DNA of 24,000 bases from Phytoactinopolyspora mesophila (GCF_010122465.1 NZ_WLZY01000005.1:218901-242900); one strand, 5' to 3'; numbered from the stretch's first letter, positions 1-8,503 are shown. The notes: generated by a model from the letters alone, not told the origin. A program made the numbers and translations.

Positions 1-713
1 ACCAGCGCGGCCGCCACCGAGGAATCGACGCCGCCGGATAGCGCGCAGATGACCTGTTTGTCGCCGACCTGGGCGCGTACGGTCTCCACGGCGTCGTCGA
101 CGATGTTGACCATGGTCCAGGTAGGACGGATGCCCGCGATGTCGAAGAGGAAATGCTCGAGCACCACCTGGCCGTACTCGGTGTGCAGCACCTCCGGATG
201 CCATTGCACGCCCGCCAAGCCACGGTCGGTGTCCTCGAACGCCGCCACCGGGGTGGCTCCGGACGTGGCCAAGACGTCGAACCCGGGCGGGGCTTGGGTG
301 ACGGAGTCGTTGTGGCTCATCCACACTGACGACCCCGTGTCGACGCCGTGCAGCAGGGCGCCGGGGTTGGCGATGTCGATGTGGGTACGGCCGAATTCTG
401 ACAGGCCGGTGCGCGCCACCCGGCCGCCGAGCGCGACAGTCATCGCCTGGAAGCCGTAACAAATGCCGAACGTGGCGATGCCCGAGTCGAACAGGGAGGA
501 GTCGATCGACGGGGCGTCGTCGGCGTAGACGCTGGACGGCCCGCCCGAAAGGATGATGGCCTTCGGTTGTTTCGCGATCATCTCCTGCACCGGCATGGTG
601 TGCGGGACGATCTCGGAGTACACCCGGGCTTCGCGCACCCGGCGGGCGATCAGTTGCGCATACTGCGCCCCGAAGTCGACAACGAGCACGGTGTCATGCG
701 TGGTCTCACTCAC
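1..713 (-). CDS. guaA: GMP synthase (glutamine-hydrolysing), N-terminal ~237 codons; 3' end lies outside the window
   Basis: Not in the ORF track because it runs off the window. Manual reverse translation from GTG (713..711) gives [38 protein letters not shown]...[10 protein letters not shown]...VQWHPEV...[18 protein letters not shown]. This is a class-I glutamine amidotransferase domain followed by the SGGVDS PP-loop of the ATP-pyrophosphatase domain, the order typical of GuaA. Confidence 0.9.
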   Translation of the reverse strand, partial: MSETTHDTVLVVDFGAQYAQLIARRVREARVYSEIVPHTMPVQEMIAKQPKAIILSGGPSSVYADDAPSIDSSLFDSGIATFGICYGFQAMTVALGGRVARTGLSEFGRTHIDIANPGALLHGVDTGSSVWMSHNDSVTQAPPGFDVLATSGATPVAAFEDTDRGLAGVQWHPEVLHTEYGQVVLEHFLFDIAGIRPTWTMVNIVDDAVETVRAQVGDKQVICALSGGVDSSVAAAL

Positions 714-753
714 TTGCCCGAGCCTATCCGACCGGTCTGTGTCGCCGCCGGTA

Positions 754-798
754 GCGTCCTGCAAAGCGAGCGCCAGAGGCCTCGGGATGCAGGGACGC
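754..798 (-). terminator. Imperfect stem-loop between the sdhB stop and the guaA start (possible sdh terminator)
   Basis: GCGTCCTGCA (754-763) pairs with TGCAGGGACGC (788-798) with one bulged base, and there is an inner GAGGCCTC palindrome. No U-tract follows on the minus strand, so intrinsic-terminator status is uncertain. Confidence 0.25.
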
Positions 799-811
799 AA
801 GCTACGGGTGG

Positions 812-1576
812 TTAGACGCGGCGGAACAGCAGAGCCTGCTTGACCTCTTGGATCGCCTTGGTGACCTCGATGCCGCGGGGGCAGGCGTCGGTGCAGTTGA
901 ACGTGGTGCGGCAGCGCCACACGCCCTCGCGATCGTTGAGGATCTCGAGGCGCTGCTCGGATCCTTCGTCCCGGCTGTCGAAGATGAACCGGTGCGCGCC
1001 GACGATTGCCTGCGGCCCGAAGTACTGACCGTCGGACCAATACACCGGGCACGACGTTGTGCAGGCGGCGCAGAGGATGCACTTGGTGGTGTCGTCGAAC
1101 CGCTCGCGTTCCGCGGGCGACTGGCGCCGCTCCCGCGTCGGTTCGTTCCCGCTCGTGACCAAGAACGGCATGATCGACTTGTAGGCCTCGTAAAACGGCT
1201 CCATGTCGACCACAAGGTCCTTCTGCACAGCCAGGCCCTTGATCGGCTCCACCGTCACCGGCTTTTTGAGCGGCAGGTCCTTGAGCAGCGTCTTGCACGC
1301 GAGCCGGTTGCGCCCGTTGATCCGCATCGCGTCGGAGCCACAGATGCCATGCGCGCACGAGCGGCGGAAGGTCAGGGAACCGTCGATCTCCCACTTGATC
1401 TTGTGAAGTGCGTCGAGCACCCGGTCGGTGCCGTGCATGGTCAGGGTGTGGTTCTCCCAGCGCGGCTCCGTGTCGAGCTCCGGGTTGAAGCGCCGGATCC
1501 GCATGGTGACCTGGAACGACGGGATGGCGCCCGCGTCAGGTGTTTCCTTGACGGGAGCCTCGGTGGTCAACGTCAT
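812..1576 (-). CDS. sdhB: Succinate dehydrogenase / fumarate reductase iron-sulfur subunit
   Basis: 254-aa ORF with the three Fe-S cluster Cys motifs ([34 protein letters not shown]). It lies directly downstream of sdhA; the sdhA TGA stop and sdhB ATG share one base (TGATG at 1578..1574). Confidence 0.95.
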   Translation of the reverse strand: MTLTTEAPVKETPDAGAIPSFQVTMRIRRFNPELDTEPRWENHTLTMHGTDRVLDALHKIKWEIDGSLTFRRSCAHGICGSDAMRINGRNRLACKTLLKDLPLKKPVTVEPIKGLAVQKDLVVDMEPFYEAYKSIMPFLVTSGNEPTRERRQSPAERERFDDTTKCILCAACTTSCPVYWSDGQYFGPQAIVGAHRFIFDSRDEGSEQRLEILNDREGVWRCRTTFNCTDACPRGIEVTKAIQEVKQALLFRRV

Positions 1577-3330
1577 CAGAACTTACGCTCCATCGGCTGG
1601 TAACGGGTGATGACGACGGGCTTGTAGTCCAGCCGGACTTGGGCGGTGCCGTCGTCACCTGCGACTCGGTACGCCATGGTGTGGCGCATGTAATTGACGT
1701 CATCGCGGTTCTGGTAGTCCTCACGGAAATGCCCGCCGCGTGATTCCTTGCGCTCGAGGGCACCAGCGACGATCACCTCGGCCAAGTCGAGCAGGAAACC
1801 CAGCTCGACGGCTTCCAAGAGGTCGGTATTGAACCGCTTTCCCTTGTCTTGCACAGAGACCCGGGCGTAGCGCTCACGCAGGTCCGCGATGTCGGCCAGC
1901 GCTTGCTTGAGGGTCGCCTCGGAGCGGAACACCTGGGCGTTGGCGTCCATCGTTTCCTGCAGAGCCCGCCGGACGTCGGCGATGCGCTCGCCGTCCTCTC
2001 TCGCGCGCATGCCTTCCAGCAAAGCCACGGTGTCGGCTTCCGGTGAGTCCGGAAGCTCGACCCAGGGGGCCTTCGCGGCGAATTCGGCCGCGGCGATTCC
2101 CGCGCGGCGACCGAAGACGTTGATGTCGAGCAGCGAGTTCGTCCCGAGCCGGTTCGCGCCGTGCACACTGACGCAGGCGACCTCGCCGGCGGCGAACATG
2201 CCCGGAAGCACCCGCTTGTTGTCGGCCAGAACCTCCGTCTCCACGTTGGTGGGGATGCCGCCCATGGCGTAGTGCGCGGTGGGATAGACCGGGACCGGCT
2301 CGGTGTACGGCTCGATTCCGAGGTACGTGCGGGCGAACTCGGTGATGTCGGGCAGTTTTGCGTCGATGTGCGCCGGTTCGAGGTGGGTGAGATCGAGCAG
2401 GACGTAGTCCTTGTTCGGCCCGGCGCCGCGGCCCGCCCGTACTTCGTTGGCCATGGCGCGGGCGACGACGTCACGTGGGGCCAGGTCCTTCAGCGTCGGC
2501 GCGTAGCGCTCCATGAATCGCTCACCCTCGGAGTTGCGCAGGATGGCGCCTTCGCCGCGGGCCGCTTCGGAGAGCAGGATGCCTAGGCCGGCCAGGCCCG
2601 TCGGATGGAACTGGAAGAACTCCATGTCCTCCAGCGGCAGGCCACGGCGGTAGGCGATGGCCATGCCGTCGCCGGTGAGGGTGTGCGCGTTGGACGTGGT
2701 CTTGTACACCTTGCCGGCGCCACCGGTGGCGAACACCACGGACTTGGCCCGGAAGATGTGGATCTCACCGCTGGCGAGGTCGTAGGCCACGACGCCGGCG
2801 GTGCGCTGCTCGCCGTCCACCTCGTTGAGGATGACGTCGAGGACGTAGTACTCGCTGAAGAACTCGACGTCGTGCTTGAGGCACTGCTGGTACAGCGTCT
2901 GCAGGATCATGTGACCGGTGCGGTCGGCGGAGTAGCATGCGCGTCGCACCGCGGCCTCACCGTGGTTCCGGGTGTGCCCACCGAAACGTCGCTGGTCGAT
3001 GGTGCCGTCCTCGGTCCGGTTGAACGGCAGGCCCATCTTCTCGAGGTCGAGCACCGCGTCGATGGCTTCCTTCGCCATGATCTCCGCCGCGTCCTGGTCA
3101 ACGAGGAAGTCACCGCCCTTGACGGTGTCGAAGGTGTGCCATTCCCAGTTGTCGTCCTCGACGTTGGCCAGTGCCGCGCACATGCCGCCCTGGGCGGCGC
3201 CGGTGTGCGAGCGGGTGGGATAGAGCTTGGTGATGACGGCGGTCCGTGCTCGCTGGCCGGCTTCCAGCGCCGCCCGCATTCCAGCGCCGCCGGCGCCGAT
3301 GATCACCACGTCGTACTGGTGAGTCTGCAT
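1576..3330 (-). CDS. sdhA: Succinate dehydrogenase flavoprotein subunit
   Basis: 584-aa ORF. It has the N-terminal FAD dinucleotide fold (YDVVIIGAGGAGMRAAL), SHTGAAQGG with the covalent-FAD His context, and HPTG and HGANRLG motifs typical of SdhA/FrdA. Confidence 0.97.
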   Translation of the reverse strand: MQTHQYDVVIIGAGGAGMRAALEAGQRARTAVITKLYPTRSHTGAAQGGMCAALANVEDDNWEWHTFDTVKGGDFLVDQDAAEIMAKEAIDAVLDLEKMGLPFNRTEDGTIDQRRFGGHTRNHGEAAVRRACYSADRTGHMILQTLYQQCLKHDVEFFSEYYVLDVILNEVDGEQRTAGVVAYDLASGEIHIFRAKSVVFATGGAGKVYKTTSNAHTLTGDGMAIAYRRGLPLEDMEFFQFHPTGLAGLGILLSEAARGEGAILRNSEGERFMERYAPTLKDLAPRDVVARAMANEVRAGRGAGPNKDYVLLDLTHLEPAHIDAKLPDITEFARTYLGIEPYTEPVPVYPTAHYAMGGIPTNVETEVLADNKRVLPGMFAAGEVACVSVHGANRLGTNSLLDINVFGRRAGIAAAEFAAKAPWVELPDSPEADTVALLEGMRAREDGERIADVRRALQETMDANAQVFRSEATLKQALADIADLRERYARVSVQDKGKRFNTDLLEAVELGFLLDLAEVIVAGALERKESRGGHFREDYQNRDDVNYMRHTMAYRVAGDDGTAQVRLDYKPVVITRYQPMERKF

Positions 3331-3363
3331 GAGTTGAATCTCTCTTCCGGTCTTGTGGTCGTT

Positions 3364-3822
3364 CTAAGCGCCGGGGCAGAACGACGGCAACAAGTCCGCA
3401 GCCGCCTCGACCGGGCATGGATCGAACGTGAAGATCACCAGCGTGCCGAGCACGATTGTGATGGCCGCCGCGGTGTAGAGCCCGACCTTGAGCCACATCC
3501 GCAACTGGTCACGTTCGGCGTAGTCGTTGATGACAGTGCGCATCCCGTTGGAGCCGTGGATCATGGCCAGCCACAGCATGAGAAGGTCCCAGATCTGCCA
3601 GAACGGATCGGCCCACTTCCCTGCCACGAAGGCGAAGTCGAGTGCGTTGATGCCCTCGCCGACCATTAGGTTGACGAACAGGTGCCCGAAGACGAGGACG
3701 ATCAGCAACAGGCCGGAGACCCGCATGAACAGCCAGGCGTAGAGCTCGGTGTTGGTTCGTCCGCGGAGCCGGCGTGGAGACCGAGGCGACCGAGGGGCGG
3801 CGATGGAAGTCGTGGTTGTCAT
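3364..3822 (-). CDS. sdhD: Succinate dehydrogenase hydrophobic membrane anchor subunit
   Basis: 152-aa ORF with three hydrophobic segments, sitting between sdhC and sdhA in the canonical sdhCDAB order. Assignment rests on size, hydrophobicity and position. Confidence 0.8.
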   Translation of the reverse strand: MTTTTSIAAPRSPRSPRRLRGRTNTELYAWLFMRVSGLLLIVLVFGHLFVNLMVGEGINALDFAFVAGKWADPFWQIWDLLMLWLAMIHGSNGMRTVINDYAERDQLRMWLKVGLYTAAAITIVLGTLVIFTFDPCPVEAAADLLPSFCPGA

Positions 3823-3826
3823 CTAC

Positions 3827-4204
3827 TCAGCCCCCGAACACGTGAGATAGGTGGCGGATCAGGAACGGGACCATGAGTACCAGCCACAGGACACCGACGC
3901 CGGCCAGCATCTGGCGCTGGTACCTCGGGCCCTTGCCCCAGAAATCGACCAGGATGATCCGGACCCCGTTGAAGGCGTGGAAGATGATCGCGCCGACGAG
4001 CGCGGCCTCCATCAGCCCGACGATCGTCGTCTTGTAGGTGGCGATGACCTCGTTGTAGGCCTCCGGCGACACGCGCACCAGCGCCGTGTCCAGGACATGG
4101 ACGAGAAGGAAGAAGAAGATACCGATGCCGGTGACCCGATGGGCCACCCACGACCACATGCCTTCTCGGCCGCGATAGATCGTGCCTGCCGGCGCCTTGG
4201 GCAC
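3827..4204 (-). CDS. sdhC: Succinate dehydrogenase cytochrome b subunit
   Basis: 125-aa ORF with a GTG start (4204..4202), three hydrophobic helices and conserved His residues (WVAHRVTG, LLVHVLD, IFHAFNG). It is the first gene of the operon and is preceded by GAAAGG about 12 nt upstream. Confidence 0.85.
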   Translation of the reverse strand: MPKAPAGTIYRGREGMWSWVAHRVTGIGIFFFLLVHVLDTALVRVSPEAYNEVIATYKTTIVGLMEAALVGAIIFHAFNGVRIILVDFWGKGPRYQRQMLAGVGVLWLVLMVPFLIRHLSHVFGG

Positions 4205-4225
4205 GGGAGGTCACCTTTCTCACGA

Positions 4226-4231
4226 ATTTTA
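4226..4231 (-). promoter_or_regulatory. Candidate -10 hexamer (TAAAAT on minus strand) for the sdh operon
   Basis: An isolated AT-rich hexamer in a GC-rich context, about 22 nt upstream of the sdhC GTG. No convincing -35 is seen. Sequence pattern only. Confidence 0.25.
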
Positions 4232-4684
4232 AGAACCGGGCGCGCAGTGAGCTCGCGGATCCGATCCGCGTTCATGGCAGTCCGCCCCGCGGGAGCGGCC
4301 GGCCCGTCTCGTGCACCTGCGGCCCAGCCGGAGCATTCGGGCTCCGACCGGCGTACATCGTAGCCGTGTGTCCACCGCGGTTTCCGTGGCGGAAGTCACC
4401 ATCGCGGTGTGACATGAGTCAAACTACGGCCCGGCGGTGATCTCCTGCCGGGACCTCCAGGCTGTCCGCGTAGCCGCGCGCCGCAGTTGCCGACCGCACC
4501 CCGATGATCTTGGCGCGGGGGGATTCTGTGATGATCACTACCCGCGCATGTCGAGCAGCGTCAGTGCGGCGAAGGCGGCGTTAATGATTCGAAATCTCAG
4601 CATGAGAGATGGGGTCGTGACTTTTTGAGAGACGAACACCGATGATCGATGTCAAGGGTTGGCGGAGTATAGGGCGCTCAGGGG

Positions 4685-5266
4685 TTGCCTATGACGGCTG
4701 AATCGGTACATGTCGCACGAGTTTTGCTGGTGGGAAAGCGTGCCCGAGTGCTCGAAGAGCTCGGCCGTTCGCTTCAGCACCTCGGTATGGAAGTGGTCCA
4801 GGAAACGGATTTAGCCAGGGCGCGGGATGTTATCGACGGCTCAATGGTCGACGTCTTGGCGCTCGGCCGAGCGGTGCGCGGTGCCAAGCGAGAAGAGCTG
4901 GTGGTCGCGCTGCGGGCGCAGAATCCGCGGCTCAAGGTGGTTGACGGGCTGGCGCCCATACCACCCTTGTTGGTCGCTCAAGTTCAGGAGGCGGTGAGTA
5001 CTCCGCCGAGTGATACGCGAATTGTTGGGAGCGCGACTTATGAACAAGGAATTAATCGTGTTGTTCTGATAATGCGCCGATCGGCGGAGGTTGGTATAAT
5101 GCTGCACCGCCTCGATCCGCTTTACCGAATTCACCAAACGCCGATATTCGCGGGGCGGCTTGGTGATGGGCGGCAGAATATTCCGATTGGCCGCAAGATA
5201 GGGCGTGGCGAACGCTTCCTTGTCGTGCGTGCTGACCAGGAAACAACGGTTCATCAAGTGAACTGA
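4685..5266 (+). CDS. Hypothetical protein; degenerate receiver (CheY)-like N-terminal half plus an unrecognised beta-rich C-terminal half
   Basis: 193-aa ORF with AGGGG 7 nt upstream of the ATG. The N-terminal ~105 aa show a beta-alpha alternation like a receiver domain (VLLVGKRA..., VDVLALG, LKVVDG) but lack the N-terminal acidic pair and the conserved Lys. Codon third positions are visibly more A/T-rich than in neighbouring genes. The opposite-strand ORF 4841..5299 translates to low-quality sequence. Confidence 0.6.
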   Translation: MPMTAESVHVARVLLVGKRARVLEELGRSLQHLGMEVVQETDLARARDVIDGSMVDVLALGRAVRGAKREELVVALRAQNPRLKVVDGLAPIPPLLVAQVQEAVSTPPSDTRIVGSATYEQGINRVVLIMRRSAEVGIMLHRLDPLYRIHQTPIFAGRLGDGRQNIPIGRKIGRGERFLVVRADQETTVHQVN

Positions 5267-5303
5267 GGTGAGCGGTTCCGCCCGCGTATGGCGGTGCACG
5301 AAG

Positions 5304-5347
5304 ACGAGCCGGGTTGATGGCGATAGGGCGTCATCAACCCGGCTCGT
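5304..5347. terminator. Perfect 16-bp stem-loop between convergent genes (candidate bidirectional terminator)
   Basis: ACGAGCCGGGTTGATG (5304-5319) is the exact reverse complement of CATCAACCCGGCTCGT (5332-5347), with a 12-nt loop. Only weak U-rich tracts follow on either strand (TTGCTTCGCT on plus). Confidence 0.5.
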
Positions 5348-5401
5348 TGCTTCGCTGCGCTGAGCGACCGGCAGGGTGGTCCGGTACAGCTCAGTTCGAC
5401 G

Positions 5402-6187
5402 TCAGGACAGCGTGACCTCGGCGGCGACTTCCTGGCGTTCGTCGCTGAGAAGCTCACCGTCGTCATCGACCGGCGTCAGCGTGGCTTCGAAGACCACCGC
5501 GGCGTCGGTCTTGTACATGAAGTTCTCCCCGTAGGAGAGCGTCTGTCCCGGTCCGAGCGGGTAAATGCCGTCCTCGTGGTGGTCGGCCGTGCCGCTGTTG
5601 TTGACCTCCATCTCATCGTAGAGATCGAAGTCGGTGATGCTGTCCATTCCCTGCAGGTACGGCCAGTCCTCGTACGTAGCCTTCATGGAGACCAGGCTGG
5701 CGCTGAGGTTGATGGGCTCGTCCGAGGTGTTGGTGACGACATAGTTGACGAACACGATGTCGTCGCCCTCGGCCAGGACCGGCTCGTTGTCATCCGGGTC
5801 GACGAGCATGCCGTCCTTTGGCGACTCGGTGACGCCGACCTGGTAGACCTCGACCTCGAAGTTGTCACCCTCGAGGGTCGCGATCAGCTCACCAGGGGTG
5901 GTGACGGGCGCCGCCCACTCGGGGGCGTCGCCGTCGCCGGCACCGTTCGGGCTGTCGGCGGCCTCGTCGACGTCAGCGTCGTCCTCATCTGCGTCATCCG
6001 CGTCGGCGTCGTCCTCGGGCGCGTCGTCCTCAGGCGCGTCCTCCTCCGTTTCGCTGGCGCTGTCGTTGCTCTCTTCTGCTGTGGCGTCGTCGGATGCGTC
6101 ATCATCCGACCCGCACGCGACCAGACCGAACGCGAGAATCGCGCCGGCCGCGGCGGTGGCCATGCGACGCGTTGGCGTCATACGCAT
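5402..6187 (-). CDS. Acidic lipoprotein, function unknown (possible DUF4352-like beta-sandwich C-terminal domain)
   Basis: 261-aa ORF with GAAAGGAAAC upstream as RBS. It has a signal peptide with lipobox LVAC|GS, then a ~65-aa D/E/A-rich low-complexity linker, then a beta-rich domain. The family assignment is inference only. Confidence 0.8.
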   Translation of the reverse strand: MRMTPTRRMATAAAGAILAFGLVACGSDDDASDDATAEESNDSASETEEDAPEDDAPEDDADADDADEDDADVDEAADSPNGAGDGDAPEWAAPVTTPGELIATLEGDNFEVEVYQVGVTESPKDGMLVDPDDNEPVLAEGDDIVFVNYVVTNTSDEPINLSASLVSMKATYEDWPYLQGMDSITDFDLYDEMEVNNSGTADHHEDGIYPLGPGQTLSYGENFMYKTDAAVVFEATLTPVDDDGELLSDERQEVAAEVTLS

Positions 6188-6563
6188 GACAGGTTTCCTT
6201 TCGATTGATTCACCATGAGATATGCAGCTACGGCGCTAATGCCGCGGCTGGGTCAGGTCAAGGACACCCGCGAACGTGTTCACGGCGCGATCCCATGCGA
6301 CCCGCTACAAGTGTAGATGCCGCTACCCTGGCTAAACGTGGGTGGTAGGTGAATCGATGAGCGACGGCGGGTGGTACGCTCGCGTTTTTTTTCGCGCTGC
6401 CGGCCGCCGGCGGGTCGTACCCGAGATCAAGGGGCTTCAACGGCCGGTGCGACCGTAGGCGATAACCGCTCGCGAGCGGCCTTCATCGGTTGCGAGCCAT
6501 CATGCGCGGCCGCCGCGGCGGGCTCCTCGTGGGACTCGCCGACGGTGACCGAATCATGTGGAC

Positions 6564-7571
6564 TCAGCGGACGATGGTCTGGACCTCGGCTACCGGGACA
6601 GTGAACGTCTCCTCGGTGGAGATCGGATCGAGATCGCCGCTGTCTGTCTCGGCGTCGCCGATCCCGCCGTGCCAGCCGGTCTGCCAAATGGTTTCGGCGG
6701 TGACCGGGAAACCGTCGGGATACTGGGTGGAGGCCCGCTCGTAGACAACTGCGCACGCTGGGTCTGTGCCCTCTGTCCAGGCTGTGACCGCTTCGGCCGG
6801 CGAGCATGTGGTGCTGCCTACCGGCGAGCTGATACGCAGCCCATCGGTGCTGGCCCACACCTGGACCCAGGTGCCGGTCTCCGGGATGGTGGCGCGGATT
6901 TCGACGAGGCCGTCCTCGCCGCCCACGGCGTCCGGGTCGAGCACCCAGTAGCCGGTGGGGATGTTCACCACAGTGGTGTTCTCGGTACCGGCTGCCTTCG
7001 GGTTCTGGTCCACTTCCGGGTTGGGAATCTCGATCAAGGCGCTAGCGGCGAGAGCAAGCTCTTCTGGCTGGATCACCACCGGTGGCTCGGACTCAGTGTC
7101 CTCCCACCAGACCGCCAGTTGCGGAATGCAGGCGTCCGGGTACCAGGCCTGACAGCTTCCGAGGAAGGTCTCGAAGTCGTCCAGCGTCGCATCCTCCACG
7201 CATCGCGCTTTATACCAGCGACCGTCCTTCGGGTCACTCTCTTCGTATATCTCCATGATGTAGTCCGGGTCAGGCAAGAAGACCCAGCCGCCCGGGAACC
7301 ACATCATGATCGTGAACCACCAGGATAGAAACTCTTCGTCGCTCTCGAACGCATTCCACCAGCACCGTGCGGGAATCGACATCGTCTCGGTCCTGCTGCC
7401 GCCGGGGATAGTGTCACCTTCGACGACAACAGTCTCGGTGACCGTGCCTTCCACGGTGTTCTCGTCGTCGTCGACGTAGCCATCTCGGTCTGCAGACGCG
7501 GGTGCGGAGATGGCGGCAGTGATGAAGAATGCGACGGGAATCGTTGCGAAGAGTCTCGACCGAACGCTCAT
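6564..7571 (-). CDS. Secreted Cys-containing protein, uncharacterised family (paralog S1 of 11077..12135 and 12151..13206)
   Basis: I prefer the ATG at 7571 because GAGGAG lies 8 nt upstream and the ATG overlaps the upstream lipoprotein stop as ATGA; the track ORF starts at 7589. Signal peptide MSVRSRLFATIPVAFFITAAISAPASA|D. The C-terminal ~180 aa align with S2/S3 (VNIPTGYWV, C...C pair, YPDGFPVTAET.W, VPVAEVQTIVR). Confidence 0.8.
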   Translation of the reverse strand: MSVRSRLFATIPVAFFITAAISAPASADRDGYVDDDENTVEGTVTETVVVEGDTIPGGSRTETMSIPARCWWNAFESDEEFLSWWFTIMMWFPGGWVFLPDPDYIMEIYEESDPKDGRWYKARCVEDATLDDFETFLGSCQAWYPDACIPQLAVWWEDTESEPPVVIQPEELALAASALIEIPNPEVDQNPKAAGTENTTVVNIPTGYWVLDPDAVGGEDGLVEIRATIPETGTWVQVWASTDGLRISSPVGSTTCSPAEAVTAWTEGTDPACAVVYERASTQYPDGFPVTAETIWQTGWHGGIGDAETDSGDLDPISTEETFTVPVAEVQTIVR

Positions 7572-8275
7572 TCGAAATACTCCTCGCATGTGTCTTTGTC
7601 AGGACCAATGTCGGTGTCTGCCGTGTACCAGACGCCGTCGATCAGGCGCAGTGTGGGGACCGAAAGGTAGTAGGGCTCGCTTTCGTTTGGCATGGAGCCT
7701 GCGGTACCTGTAAACCATCCGCGGGTGTCAATACACGCTTCTAGGGTCGCCTCGTCGCCGTTGACGTCTACGCTTAGAGCGACGATCGAGGAAGGTGGTC
7801 CGGTGGAGACGCGCTCGGTCTCAACCGATTCCTCGGCATAGTCGCGGATGCGCGACAGGTTGGGATCTATCGCAGCATCCTCGATACCGGAGTCTTCGGG
7901 GGGCACGCCCCACAGGATCTGTTCCCAGGATGCTTCAAACCGCCCGTACGCCTCGATTACCTCCATTTCCTCGTCGCTGACCTCGTCGGGTGGAGTTATT
8001 GGTATAACTTCGCGGAGTTCGACGATGTTCTCTTGTGGCAGGTGAGGCTGTGTGAAGGTGGCGACGGGCGTGGGGTCGTCGGATGTGGGATCTTCGGTGG
8101 GATCGGCGGTGGGCTCAGGGCTGTCCGTAGTCTCGGGTTCCGCCGCCGGGGCCGTTGGCTCTGCGGTGGAGGGTTCGGTGGCGTCGAGCCCAGCTGGCTC
8201 GTCGCCTGAGCCGCATGCTGCCAGTGTGAGTACCGTTACTGCCGCCATCGCCATGGTGCGCAGTATGAACCGCAT
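7568..8275 (-). CDS. Lipoprotein, uncharacterised family (paralog L1 of 10261..10971)
   Basis: 235-aa ORF with AAGGGAG as RBS. Lipobox LAAC|GS is followed by a Pro/Thr/Glu/Asp-rich linker, then a globular domain beginning TFTQPHLP...EVSDEEMEVIEAYGRFEASWEQILWG. This aligns with SFTQPHLP...DVSDDEREVLEAAGRFMATWQAVLFG of L2. Two Cys positions are conserved. Confidence 0.8.
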   Translation of the reverse strand: MRFILRTMAMAAVTVLTLAACGSGDEPAGLDATEPSTAEPTAPAAEPETTDSPEPTADPTEDPTSDDPTPVATFTQPHLPQENIVELREVIPITPPDEVSDEEMEVIEAYGRFEASWEQILWGVPPEDSGIEDAAIDPNLSRIRDYAEESVETERVSTGPPSSIVALSVDVNGDEATLEACIDTRGWFTGTAGSMPNESEPYYLSVPTLRLIDGVWYTADTDIGPDKDTCEEYFE

Positions 8276-8503
8276 GTGACTCCCTTGTTGTCCCCGTTAC
8301 GACGAAGGGTCAGGATAGACGTAAAATGTGTCGACGTGCACGGCGCCGTAGGCTATCTCCGCCGGTCCAGCTGCGAGAGTGTGAAGAATCTCCTGGTGTG
8401 CACATTGTCACGGCCATAGCGTGGGGCCTATCACTACGGTTGGGCGATGCTTGAGTGCGACGTCCTCCATCGGATGTGACCCATCTGCCAAAGCGAGGCA
8501 ACC

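Noticed and set aside
848-3669. Long plus-strand ORFs (848..1603, 2605..3669 and others) antisense to sdhB/sdhA
   Set aside because: These are shadow ORFs typical of high-GC DNA. Their translations are Arg/Ala/Gly/Val-rich with no motifs, whereas the minus-strand frames encode unmistakable SdhA/SdhB.
4575-4600. tRNA-like T-loop sequence (GATTCGAAATC) in the AT-richer part of the sdhC-orphan spacer
   Set aside because: No acceptor, D or anticodon stems can be drawn around it. It is an isolated similarity only.
8276-8503. Cobalamin riboswitch upstream of the mutase gene
   Set aside because: I could not find a B12-box-like core or the expected multi-stem arrangement in the leader. Mutase genes are in any case not typical cobalamin-riboswitch targets.
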